From: Grus americana
Lineage: Eukaryota
Length of the DNA stretch: 64,000 nucleotides
Assembly (NCBI RefSeq): GCF_028858705.1
Contig: NC_072852.1
Span: 200,260,471-200,324,470, forward strand
Direction of reading: 5' to 3'
Shown here one piece after another: positions 55,047 to 64,000 of the stretch. The first letter of the stretch is position 1. Every line of letters starts with the position of its first letter. The notes under the pieces are model-generated. The model searched no databases, was not told the origin of the DNA, and was given only the letters and a program-made list of their open reading frames with translations. The position numbers and the translations under genes are program-made.

Positions 55047-55901
55047 CTCGCCAGCTGAATCAGTGGACTTGCGCCCTCTTTCATCAGCACTCAATTTCAA
55101 ACCCTTCTGCACTGGTGAAGGAGCAGGTGACACTTTCTCCAACTCTCCCGGTACCATTTTTACTTTTTCTTGACCTTTTTGCTTTTTGTGCATGCTTTTC
55201 TTCTCTAAATAGATATCTTGAGTTTCCACTTTTCTACTTTCCTCTTTATAGTCTTCAGCTTTCTGCATTTTTTTCTTCTTTCTTTTAACTTTAACATCAA
55301 TGCTATCATCTTCATTACTTGCTGATCCATCAAGATACCTATCAGCAATGGAATCTTTGTCAGCAATTTCTTGTTCCAAACTCTCTTCTCCACTTATTAC
55401 CTTTTGCTTCTCATCTTTGTTTTCAGAATTTAAGTCTGAATTTTCATTATCAGTTCCTTGAGAAAATATATCATCTAGAGTACTTGATTCTGAGTCAAAC
55501 TGAACATCTCCATGCTTCTCCCTCCGTGATTTTTTATTTTCCTTAGAATCTTCTTTAGATTTTGTTTTTATATCTTTAACTTCTCCCTTCCTTTTCTTGA
55601 TTTCTTTAGTATCTTCTTTCCTTTGCTTCTTTGGGTCCTTTGAATCCTCCTTGGTATCTGAAGTCCTTTTTTTTGGTTTGGAATCTGAACCCAAAGTCTC
55701 TGAGGAATTTTCACATTCTGTTTTGGGTTTTTCTTTGAATTTTGCAGACTTAGACTTTTTCTTCTTCAGATCATCTGGACTTCTATCCTCCCCATCCTTT
55801 GACTTCTTCTTTTTCTTCTTTGGTGAAACATCATCTTTTGTTTCACTTTGCCAGTCACTGTCAGATTCTGCTTCAAATACATCATCATTTAGAGAGAGTT
55901 T
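55047..55901 (-). CDS. MPHOSPH8: MPHOSPH8 large exon (855 bp, K/E/S-rich disordered region: KLSLNDDVFEAESDSDWQSETKDD...ERGRKSTDSAGE)
   Basis: Acceptor ctaccttttag|aaactc and donor ggcgag|gtaagc. The exon is in frame with track ORF 54975..55694 but extends 207 bp further 5'. It is collinear with the human MPP8 middle region (...RLSLNNDIFEANSDSDQQSETKEDTSPKKKKKK...STDSAEE). Confidence 0.88.
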
Positions 55902-56231
55902 CTAAAAGGTAGAAAAAAAAAAAAAAGGATTGCTTTCCCCATTAAACTGCATCACTTTGGCGTAAAATACACAAAAATGGTAGTGGTGGTGCTTGGGAAA
56001 ATTAAGTTTTTAAACAGTTTAATCTTTTTCTCACTGCAAACATCAATCCTCATCACCAAATTGGAAAATTTGTAACTACAATTCTAGATCACTTACCTAA
56101 ATTACATTACTTGCTCCTAGGATGAGAATCAATACATAAACAAGTCACATAAACCAATCAGACATTCAACAACCAGATTCTAGAACAGAACTAAATCTGA
56201 ACCTTTTTACATCAAAACCAATTAGCCTCAC

Positions 56232-56288
56232 TAGATGACCTTTAAGGTCCCTTCCTACCCAAACCATTCTATGATTCTTTGATTTTGT
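56232..56288 (+). mobile_element. CR1 3' tail fragment abutting an inverted CR1
   Basis: The sequence tagatgacctttaaggtcccttcctacccaaaccattctatgattctttgattttg is immediately followed by the reverse-complement CR1 tail of the next element. Confidence 0.8.
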
Positions 56289-56295
56289 AAAATTT

Positions 56296-58410
56296 CATAG
56301 AATCCTAGAATGGTTTGAGTTGAAAGGGACCTTAAGGATGATCTAGTTCCAACTCCACTGCCCCCCACTGAGGGGACACCCTGCACTAGACCAGGTTGCC
56401 CAAAGCCCCATCCAACCTGGCCTTGAACACTTCCAGGGAGGGGGCAACCACAGCTTCTCTGGGCAACCTGCTCCAGTGTCTCACCACCCTCACAGTAAAT
56501 AATTTCTTCCTAATACCTAATCTAAATCTACCCACTTTCAGTTTACAGCCATTACCCCTTGGCCTATCAGTGCATGGCCTTGTAAACAGTCCCTCTCCAG
56601 CTTTCTTGTAGGCTCCCTTTAAGTACTGGAAGGCTGCTGTAAGGTCTCCCCGGAGTCTTCTCTTCTCCAGGCTGAACAAGCCCAACTCTCTCAGCCTGTC
56701 CTCATAGGAGAGGTGCTCCAGCCCTCTGATCATCACTGTGGCCTCCTCTGGACTCACTCCAACAGCTCCATGTCCTTCTTGTACTGGGGAGTCCAGAGCT
56801 GGACGCAGTACCCCAGGTGGGGTCTCACGAGAGCAGAGTAGAGGGGCAGGATCCCCTCCCTTGATCTGCTGGTCACACCTCTTTTGATGCAGCCCAGGAC
56901 ACGGTTGGCTTTCTGGGCTGCAGGCGCACACTGCCGGCTCATGTTGAGCTTCTCATCAATCAATACCCCCAAGTCCTTCTCCTCAGGGCTGCTCTCAATC
57001 CATTCCTTGCCCAGCCTATAGCTGTGCTTGGGATTGCGCCGACCCACATGCAGGACCTTGCACTTGGCCTTGTTGAACTTCATGTGGTTTGCACGGGCCC
57101 ACCTCTCCAGCCTGTCCAGGTCCCTCTGGATGGCATCCCTTCCCTCCAGCATGTCAACCAGACCACACAGCTTGGTGTCGTCGGCAAACATGCTGAGGGT
57201 GCACTCAATCCCACTGTCCATGTCGCCGACAAAGATGTTGAACAGCGCCAGTCCCAGTACCGACCCCTGAGGAACACCACTTGTCACTGATCTCCACTTG
57301 GACATTGACCTGTTGACCACAACTCCTCAATTGCGACCATCCAGCCAATTCCTTATCCACCGAGTGGTCCATCCATCGAATCCATGTCTCTCCAATTTAG
57401 AGACAAGGATGTCGTGCGGGACAGTGTCAAATGCCTTGCACAAGTCCAGGTAGATGATGTCAGTTGCTCCTCCCTTGTCCACCAACACTGTAACCCTGTT
57501 GTAAGCAGCCATGAAATTCTGTCAGGCACGATTTGCCCTTAGTGAAGCCACGTTGGCTGTCACCAGTCACATCCTTATTTTCCATGTGCCTGAGCATAGT
57601 TTCCAGGAGGATCTGCTCCATGACCTTGCCAGGCACAGAGGTGAGACTGACTGGCCTGTAGTTCCCCGGGTCTTCCTTTTTTCCTTTTTAAACATGAGGG
57701 TTATGTTTGCCCTTTTATAGTCAGTGGGAACTCACTGGACTGCCACGACTTCTCAAATATGATGAAGAGTGGCCTAGCAACTTCATCTGCCACTTCTCTC
57801 AGGACCCGCAGATGTATCTCATCAGGTCCCATGGACTTGTGCATTTTCAGGTTCCTTAGATATTCTCGAACCTTATCTTCTCCTACAGTGGGCGGTTCTT
57901 CATTCTCCCAGTCGCTGCCTTTGCCTTCTGAGGCTTGGGCAGTGTGGCTAGAGGACTTGCTGGTGAAAACTGAGGCAAAAAATGTTGTTGAATACCTCGG
58001 CTCAGTTAAGTAGGCCTCCTGTTTCCTTCCAGAGAGGGCCCACATTTTCCCTAGTCTTCCTTTTACCACTGATGTACCTGTAGAAGTTTTCCTTTCCTTC
58101 CAGGCCCTTGGCGTACCTGGCCAGATTTAATTCTATCAGATTTAATTCTATCAGGGCTTTAGCTTTCCTAACCTGATCCCTGGCTGCTTGGACAGTTTCT
58201 GTGTACTCCTCCCAGGCTACCTGACCTTGCTTCCACCCTCTGTAGGCTTTCTTTTTGTGCTTGAGTTTGTCCAGGAGCTCCCTGTTCATCCATGCAGGCC
58301 TCCTGGTGTTTTTGCCTGAATTCCTCTTTGTTGGGATACATCGCTCCTGAGCTTGGAGGAGGTGATCCTTGAATACTCACCAGCTTTCTTGGGCCCCTCT
58401 TTTGGATTTA
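56296..58410 (-). mobile_element. CR1 LINE, ~2.1 kb (RT-sense on the - strand), the largest copy in the window. It probably continues beyond a nested LTR insertion (59041-59330 and 59445-59900, lower confidence)
   Basis: It begins with catagaatcctagaatggtttgagttgaaagggacc, the reverse-complement CR1 tail. The - strand track ORFs 56386..56931, 56754..57320 (the 188-aa ...FADDTKL... RT segment), 57327..57512 ([16 protein letters not shown]), 57701..58069 and 58002..58289 are ORF2 pieces separated by frameshifts and stops. Confidence 0.9.
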
Positions 58411-58423
58411 GGATGAGAATAAT

Positions 58424-59040
58424 GTTGATAATACGCTAATGTTTTTAGTTGTTGCATAGTCAAGGACTTTTCAGCTTCTCATACTGCCCTGCTAATGAGA
58501 AGGCAGGGGGCACCCAAGAAGCTGGGAGGGGACACAGCCAGGACAGCTGACCCAAACTGACCAAAGGGATATTCCATACCATACAACGTCACGTTCCGTT
58601 TGTAACTGGAGAGTGGGCTGAGAGGCGTGGGAGCTGGGGGCCTGGCGTGGCATTGACTTCTGTGTGATGGTGTTTGTCTTCCCAAGTAACTGTTACGTGT
58701 GATGTAGCCCTGCTTTCCTGGGGATGGCTGAACACCTGCCTGCCCACGGGAAGCGGTGAATGAATTCTTTGTCTTGTTTTGCTTGTGTGTGGGCCGGGAG
58801 GCCGGGCAGCTGGGGGTCGTGCGTAGCATTGACTTCGGGTGATAAGAAATTGTGCTGTTCATCACTTGTTTTGTATATATTATTATTATTTTCCTTTCTC
58901 TGTTTGTCCTATTAAACTGTTTTTATCTCAACCCACAAGTTCTCTCACTTTCACTCTTCTGATTCTCCCCTGTCCCACTGAGGGGGAGTGAGCGAGCAGC
59001 TGCGTGGTGCTTAGTTGCCAGCTGGGGCTAAACTATGACA
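58424..59040 (+). mobile_element. Solo-LTR-like insertion (~617 bp, TG...CA termini) nested in the CR1
   Basis: It starts tgttgataatacgc and ends ...ggctaaactatgaca. It contains a U3-like motif gggatattccataccatacaacgtcacg typical of avian ERV LTRs and an attaaa signal. It interrupts otherwise continuous antisense-CR1 sequence. The family is not identified and no clear target-site duplication was found. Confidence 0.5.
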
Positions 59041-59319
59041 GTCCCTCTTCCCTCCAAGGCTTTGTCCCATGGTACCCTACCAAGCAGATCCCTGAAAAGA
59101 CCAAAGTCTGCTCTCCTCAAGGCCAGGGTAATGAGCTTGCTGTGCACACTCCTCGCTGCCCTCAGGATCTTGAACTCCACCATTTCATGGTCACTGCAGC
59201 CAAGGCTGCCCTTGAGCTCCACATTCCCCACCAGCCCCTCCCTGTTGGTGAGAACAAGGTCCAGGATAGCACCTCTCCTCGTTGGCTCCTCTCACTTGGA
59301 GAAGGAAGTTATCATCAAT

Positions 59320-59441
59320 GCATTCCAGGAACCTCCTGAGCAACCTGGTCTAGTGGAGGGTGTCCCTGCCCATTGCAGGGGGGTTGAAACTAGGTGATTT
59401 TTAAGGTCTCTTCCAATCCAAATCATTCTATGATTCTTTAT
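59320..59441 (+). mobile_element. CR1 3' tail fragment
   Basis: The sequence gaacctcctgagcaacctggtctagtggagggtgtccctgcccattgcaggggggttgaaactaggtgatttttaaggtctcttccaatccaaatcattctatgattctttatg is a CR1 3'UTR. Confidence 0.8.
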
Positions 59442-59918
59442 GCCCTGCTGTGTTGTCCCTCCAACAGATACCAGGACGACTGAGGTCCCCCACAAGGACC
59501 AAGGCTTGTGAACATGAGGCTGCTCCTGTTTGCCTATAGAGGGCCTCATCCACTTAGTCTTCCTGGTTGGGTGAAGTGATATCTGTAATGTCCCCTATCC
59601 CTGCCCTCCCTTTAATCCTGACCCATAAGCTCTTGGTTGGCTCCTTATCCATCCAGCTGGTCATTGGCATAGAGGGCAACACCCCGCCCCCCCGTCTCCC
59701 CTACCTGTCCTTCCTAAAGAGCCTGTATCCTTCCATCTCAACACTCCAGTGCCATAATGTCTCCGCAATGCCAATATGGTCACAGCCCTGCAGGCATGCG
59801 TGCGTGCGTGTCTAACTCCTCTTGTTTATTCCCCATACGACCTGCATTTGCATAGAGGCATTTAAATTGGGCCCCCCATGAAGCTGACCTATAGGTTTCC
59901 CAGAAGCAGGGTACCAGT

Positions 59919-59971
59919 TTTCAAAAAAAAAAAAAAAAAATAATAATAATAAAAAAAAAAATTCTTACTCT
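59919..59971 (+). repeat. A-rich simple repeat A19(ATA)n A11
   Basis: The sequence aaaaaaaaaaaaaaaaaaaataataataataaaaaaaaaaa follows the CR1/LTR cluster. Confidence 0.9.
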
Positions 59972-60479
59972 TAATTTTCAAACTGACTGAGCAGTTTGAA
60001 AAGAAAAAGCCACATGCTGCCTTCTTGCGATTACTTTTTCTGTATTCCTCTTACCAAATTTAATGGTTAACATGCAAAAATTCATCTATCTGCTACACAA
60101 AGCAGGAAGGTGAATTGAGCAGTGCCCAGCTTCACTGACAAGACAATATGCATGTCGGAAGGCAAAGTGGGTTGTTTATGTTGTCAAAAACAAACTAAAA
60201 TGACCATACATAATTTATATAGTTCCATTAAAAACTGAAATAAAGTTTAGATGGATTTAGAGTCCACAAGCAAATTTGTCAATTAACAAAAAAATCCCTA
60301 ACCAGAGAGCAGCAACAATACTCAGTTTCACATGAAACAAAACACTTTTAGATCAAAGAGATTCTTTAAGTCTTCTTAATTCCATATCCCAAACATCTTC
60401 CCTTCTCCCTTCCCCCCCATCAGCAGAGCCCAGATAGGGAATACATTTTCAGTGTGAGATACTGGAAGGTGAAACATAC

Positions 60480-60635
60480 CTGTATGTCTTTTTTAACAGG
60501 TTTAGGCTTATTGTCCACAATCTTTTTTCTGAATTCAAGCAGCACTTCTTTGCAGTCTTCCAAATGAATCTCTGGTTCCCAGGTATCATCATCAGAGGTA
60601 TATCCTTTCCACCGTACTTTGTAGAGAATTTTACC
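60480..60635 (-). CDS. MPHOSPH8: MPHOSPH8 exon 2 (chromodomain: GKILYKVRWKGYTSDDDTWEPEIHLEDCKEVLLEFRKKIVDNKPKPVKKDIQ)
   Basis: The - strand acceptor is ttttttcttacag|ggtaaa and the donor is catacag|gtatgt. The frame matches track ORF 60420..60674. This chromodomain sequence is near-identical to human MPP8 as I recall it. Confidence 0.9.
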
Positions 60636-61749
60636 CTGTAAGAAAAAACCCCAACATTTAATACAATACAGCATAGTATTGCATCATTTACTCAATTCTT
60701 GGGGATCTCAGTGGATATATCATTTTGTGTATACAGAAATGAATATAATGGGACTTCAAGTCAATATTGACATAATAATTCCCAGAATTATTTCCATCTG
60801 CATCACATACTGAACTAAGAAGGTTGTAAAACATTTCAGTAGTTGGAGTAGTTTTATCTAAAATATTTGTAATATCTAAAATTTGTTCAGAATCACAACT
60901 ACAATGTACAAATCATAAATTCCTAGTCATTTTACTGAAATAGATTTTCTGACAGTTATGAAACTAATTTTTCCTAAAGTTTTCATATTTCGTCTCTAAA
61001 AAAATTCAACCTTGAATTGTTTTTCTTTGCTGAAGAAGATGATATAAAACCTTAAGATTTATAATACATTCACATTATTCACCTAGATTTACACTGGAAT
61101 TTATAATTTATTATATTTGTAATCAATGCTACTTCTGATAAACTGAAACACCAACAATTAGAAAAAAACACCACCACAAATGAGATCAAGTTAAATCTAG
61201 ACAAAAATCTGAGCGTGTGCATCTCAGTGGAGTTAATTACAAAGATTTTAGTAAAAGATTACATACGAAAGCCCTAGACCAATTGTTTCAACAGTATTCA
61301 ACTTTACTATAGGATGAAATTGCACCTTTTAGTCTCTATCTAGTTTTTTCACTAGGTTAGAAAGTTTTTTACCATTAAAAACCCCTTAGCTTTCCACCAA
61401 ATTATCTCTTGCCTTTCTCCTAAATTAGTCTGAATCCTTATGTTTCTCAAGATGGATTCCTTTTCTTGCTGAGAGGCAAAGCTTATTAGCTTGGACTCAG
61501 CATGTAACTGACATAGCCAGACAAGTGGCAACTCAGGGCCTCCTGCACCAAGCTTAACTGAAAAGCAGAGACATGTCCTATGAAATCAATGTGGTCACCT
61601 TTAGTGATTAAACCTGCAGTCTCTTTAAACAGATATATGACAAAAAGCTAGTACTAAACTTAAGAAAATCCATTGTCCATATAAACCCCCCCACGCCTAA
61701 CAATGAATATGAGGCAACACAGCCATTCATGAACTTATTTTCAAAAAAA

Positions 61750-62950
61750 CCCCCAAAAACTCAACAAAAAAATAGAGAAAGTATTAGCCAATGTACTAAG
61801 GAAAGCACCTTTGGAGAGGCAAACAGCATCTCTTTGTGGTGGGCTGACCCTGGCTGAAGGCCAGGTGCCCACCAAAGCCGCTCTATCACTGTCCATCCTT
61901 AACTGTACAGGGGAGAAAAAGTATAACAAAAGGCTTGTAGGTCGAGATAAGGACAGGGAGAGCTCATTCACCAATTACCATCACAGATAAAACAGACTCA
62001 AAAAAAAAAAAATCATCTAATTTATTATCAAGCAAAACAGAGCAGAGCAATGAGAAATAAAACCAAACCTTAAAACACTTCCCCTCACCCATCCCTTCTT
62101 CCTGGGCTTAACTTCACCCCCAATTTCTACCTACTACCCCCGAGCAGCACAGGGGGACAGGGAATGGGGGTTACGGTCAGTTCATCACATGTTGTCTCTG
62201 CCATTCCTTACTCTTCAGGGGGAGGATTTCTCACACTCTTCCTCTGCTCCAGCGTGGGGTCCCTCTCATGGGAGACAGTCCTCCACAAACTTCTCCAACA
62301 TGAGTCCTTCCTATGGGCTACAGTTCTTCACAAACTGTTCCAACGTGGGTCCCTTCCACGGGGTGCAGACCTTCAGGAACAGGTCCCCCACGGGGTCACA
62401 AGTCCTGCCAGCAAACCTGCTCTGGTGTGGGATCCTCTCTCCACGGGTCCACAGGTCCTGCCAGGAGCCTGCTCCAGTGTGGGCTTCCCACAGGGTCACA
62501 GCCTCCTTCAGGTGTCTCCACCTGCTCTGGCATAGGGTCCTCCACGGGCTGCAGGTGGATATCTGCTCCACCATCAACCTCCATGGGCTGCATGGGGACA
62601 GCCTGCCTCACCATGGTCTTCTCCACAGCCTGCAGGGGAATCTCTGCTCCGGCACATAGAGCACCTCCTCCCCCTCCTTCTGCACTGAGCTGGGTGTCTG
62701 CAAAGTTTCTCACATCTCACTCCTCTCTCTGGCTGCAAAAGCTGCCACTACGTTTTTGGGGGTTTTTTCCCCCCTTCTTAACTCTGTTATCCCAGAGATG
62801 CTACTACTGTTGCTGCTGGGCTTGGCCTTGGCCAGCGGCGGGTCCGTCTTGGAGCTGGCTGGCATTGGCTCTGTTGGACACGGTGGAAGCTTCTAGCAGC
62901 TTCTCACAGAAGCCACCTCTGTAGCCCCTCCGCTACCAAAACCTTGCTGT
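61750..62950. mobile_element. LTR-like or unclassified avian repeat with an internal degenerate tandem array (~45-57 bp units, ~62.30-62.66 kb)
   Basis: It contains the avian LTR-like motif tgtggtgggctgaccctggctgaagg. The units acgggNNcacagNtcctgccagNNNcctgctcNNgtgtggg are repeated about 7 times. The GC-rich segment gives long ORFs on both strands (track 62313..62924 +, 62396..62713 -, 62311..62577 -) with repetitive peptides such as CTPWKGPTLEQFVKNCSP. I recall motifs of this kind from a widespread bird repeat but cannot name the family. Confidence 0.45.
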
Positions 62951-63539
62951 GCAAACCCAATAGACTCTTTCTTTCAAAAATAGATTGATAATGCTCTGAA
63001 ATATCCCACATTGCTAATCAAGCCTTGACAAGGAAAGCTTCAAAAGAACTGCCATCTGACACTATTATATGTATTTATGTTAATAAATTTATAATTTTGC
63101 CTGAGCACCGTTAAACTTTGACGAAGTATATATCTATGTCATTAAACTTTAGCAATCAACTCTACTTACAATATTCTGTATTTTGCTTCACAGACATATA
63201 CATAAATAGCCTATATTCAGATACATTAGTATAATACTTTTCCTCTTACAATTTAGCTTAACTATATACTCTTGATGTAGGAATGAAAGCAGGACCAACT
63301 AGATCAGGTTGGTCAGAAATCTGCCCAGTCAAGTGTATGTGTTCTGATTTCCCTGTGTTCCAGCTTGTGTCCACTGCCTCTCTCATCCTTTCACTGTGCA
63401 TCTCTGAGAAGGATCTAGCTCTGTCCTCTCTACACCCTCCCATTAAGTAGATATATCACCCCTGATTCTTCTCTTCTTATGGCAGAGCAAACCCAACTCT
63501 CAGACTCCTGAGCTCCAGCTCCCTAAACTGTATTCATAA

Positions 63540-63778
63540 CTCTTCACTCCAGTAAGTCTATGTCTCTTCTGTCCTGAGGAGATCAGAACTTGACACAGTA
63601 CTCCAGCTGCATCTCAGCAGTGCTGAGAAGAGAGGAAGAAGCACATCCCTTGATCTGCTGGCTACACTCCTGGATGTTGTTGGCCGCCTTTGCTGCAAGA
63701 ACTGCTGATTCATGTTCAACTTACTTGTCTGGGGGGACTCCCAGCTCCTTTCCCGCAAATCTGATTCCTAGCCAGCTG
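63540..63778 (-). mobile_element. Antisense CR1 ORF2 fragment
   Basis: The sequence gaacttgacacagtactccagctgcatctcagcagtgctgagaagagaggaagaagcacatcccttgatctgctggctacactcctggatg is the reverse complement of a CR1 ORF2 region. Compare the equivalent stretch at 56.8 kb. Confidence 0.65.
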
Positions 63779-64000
63779 GGAGGTTTAGACTGGATATTAG
63801 GAAAAATTTCTTCATCGAAAGGGTTGTCAAGCGTTGGACCAGGCTGCCCAGGGAAGTGGCTGAATCACCATCCCTGGAGATATTTAAAAGATGCGTAGAT
63901 GCGGCACTTAGGGACATGGTTTAGTGGTGGCCTTGGCAGTGCTAGGTTAACAGTTGGACTTGATGATCTTAAAGGTCTTTTCCAACCAAAACGATTCTAT
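63779..64000 (+). mobile_element. CR1 LINE 3' end (runs to the window edge)
   Basis: The sequence ggaggtttagactggatattaggaaaaatttcttcatcgaaagggttgtcaagcgttggaccaggctgcccaggg...cttaaaggtcttttccaaccaaaacgattctat is a CR1 terminus. Confidence 0.9.

Noticed and set aside
62164-62924. GC-rich region with 100-200-aa ORFs on both strands (for example 62313..62924 +, 62396..62713 -) that could be taken for a CpG-island first exon of MPHOSPH8 or a novel gene
   Set aside because: The sequence is internally tandem-repetitive, carries LTR-type motifs, and encodes repetitive low-complexity peptides on both strands. It bears no resemblance to the MPP8 N-terminus, so it is repeat-derived.
1-64000. Prokaryote-style features (operons, CRISPR arrays, defence islands, tRNA clusters)
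   Set aside because: The sequence is vertebrate nuclear DNA, with a spliced gene structure, CR1 LINEs and AT-rich introns. No such features are present.

Overview
This window is vertebrate, almost certainly avian, nuclear DNA, not a prokaryotic locus. It has no operons, CRISPR arrays or compact ORF packing. It is AT-rich and interrupted by many CR1 (chicken repeat 1) LINE fragments with the diagnostic 3' tail ...ccaaaccattctatgattct. Two host genes can be reconstructed from splice-site-bounded exons whose translations match well-known vertebrate proteins. (1) The last three coding exons of PSPC1 (paraspeckle component 1) lie on the + strand at 0.3-8.2 kb and end ...[21 protein letters not shown]. 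(2) Thirteen consecutive coding exons of MPHOSPH8 (MPP8) lie on the - strand from 60.6 kb down to 36.6 kb: the chromodomain exon (GKILYKVRWKGYTSDDDTWEPEIHLEDC...), an 855-bp K/E/S-rich exon, the ankyrin-repeat exons and the terminal ...VKLLIGAYRVQLQ*. The two genes are convergent (3' end to 3' end), as PSPC1 and MPHOSPH8 are on human 13q12.11. MPHOSPH8 exon 1 and its promoter are not in the window. The remaining annotatable content is transposon-derived: at least 14 CR1 fragments in both orientations, a solo-LTR-like insertion inside a CR1, and an LTR-like element with an internal degenerate tandem array. I found no evidence of a novel biological system. The most interesting observations are structural: nested and inverted CR1s, a ~28 kb stop-to-stop gap between the convergent genes, and G-rich quadruplex-prone tracts. 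Exon coordinates were derived by hand and should be taken as +/-2 bp. In at least two places (near 46.8 kb and 49.7 kb) my base indexing disagreed with the supplied ORF track by 1 bp, and there I deferred to the track.
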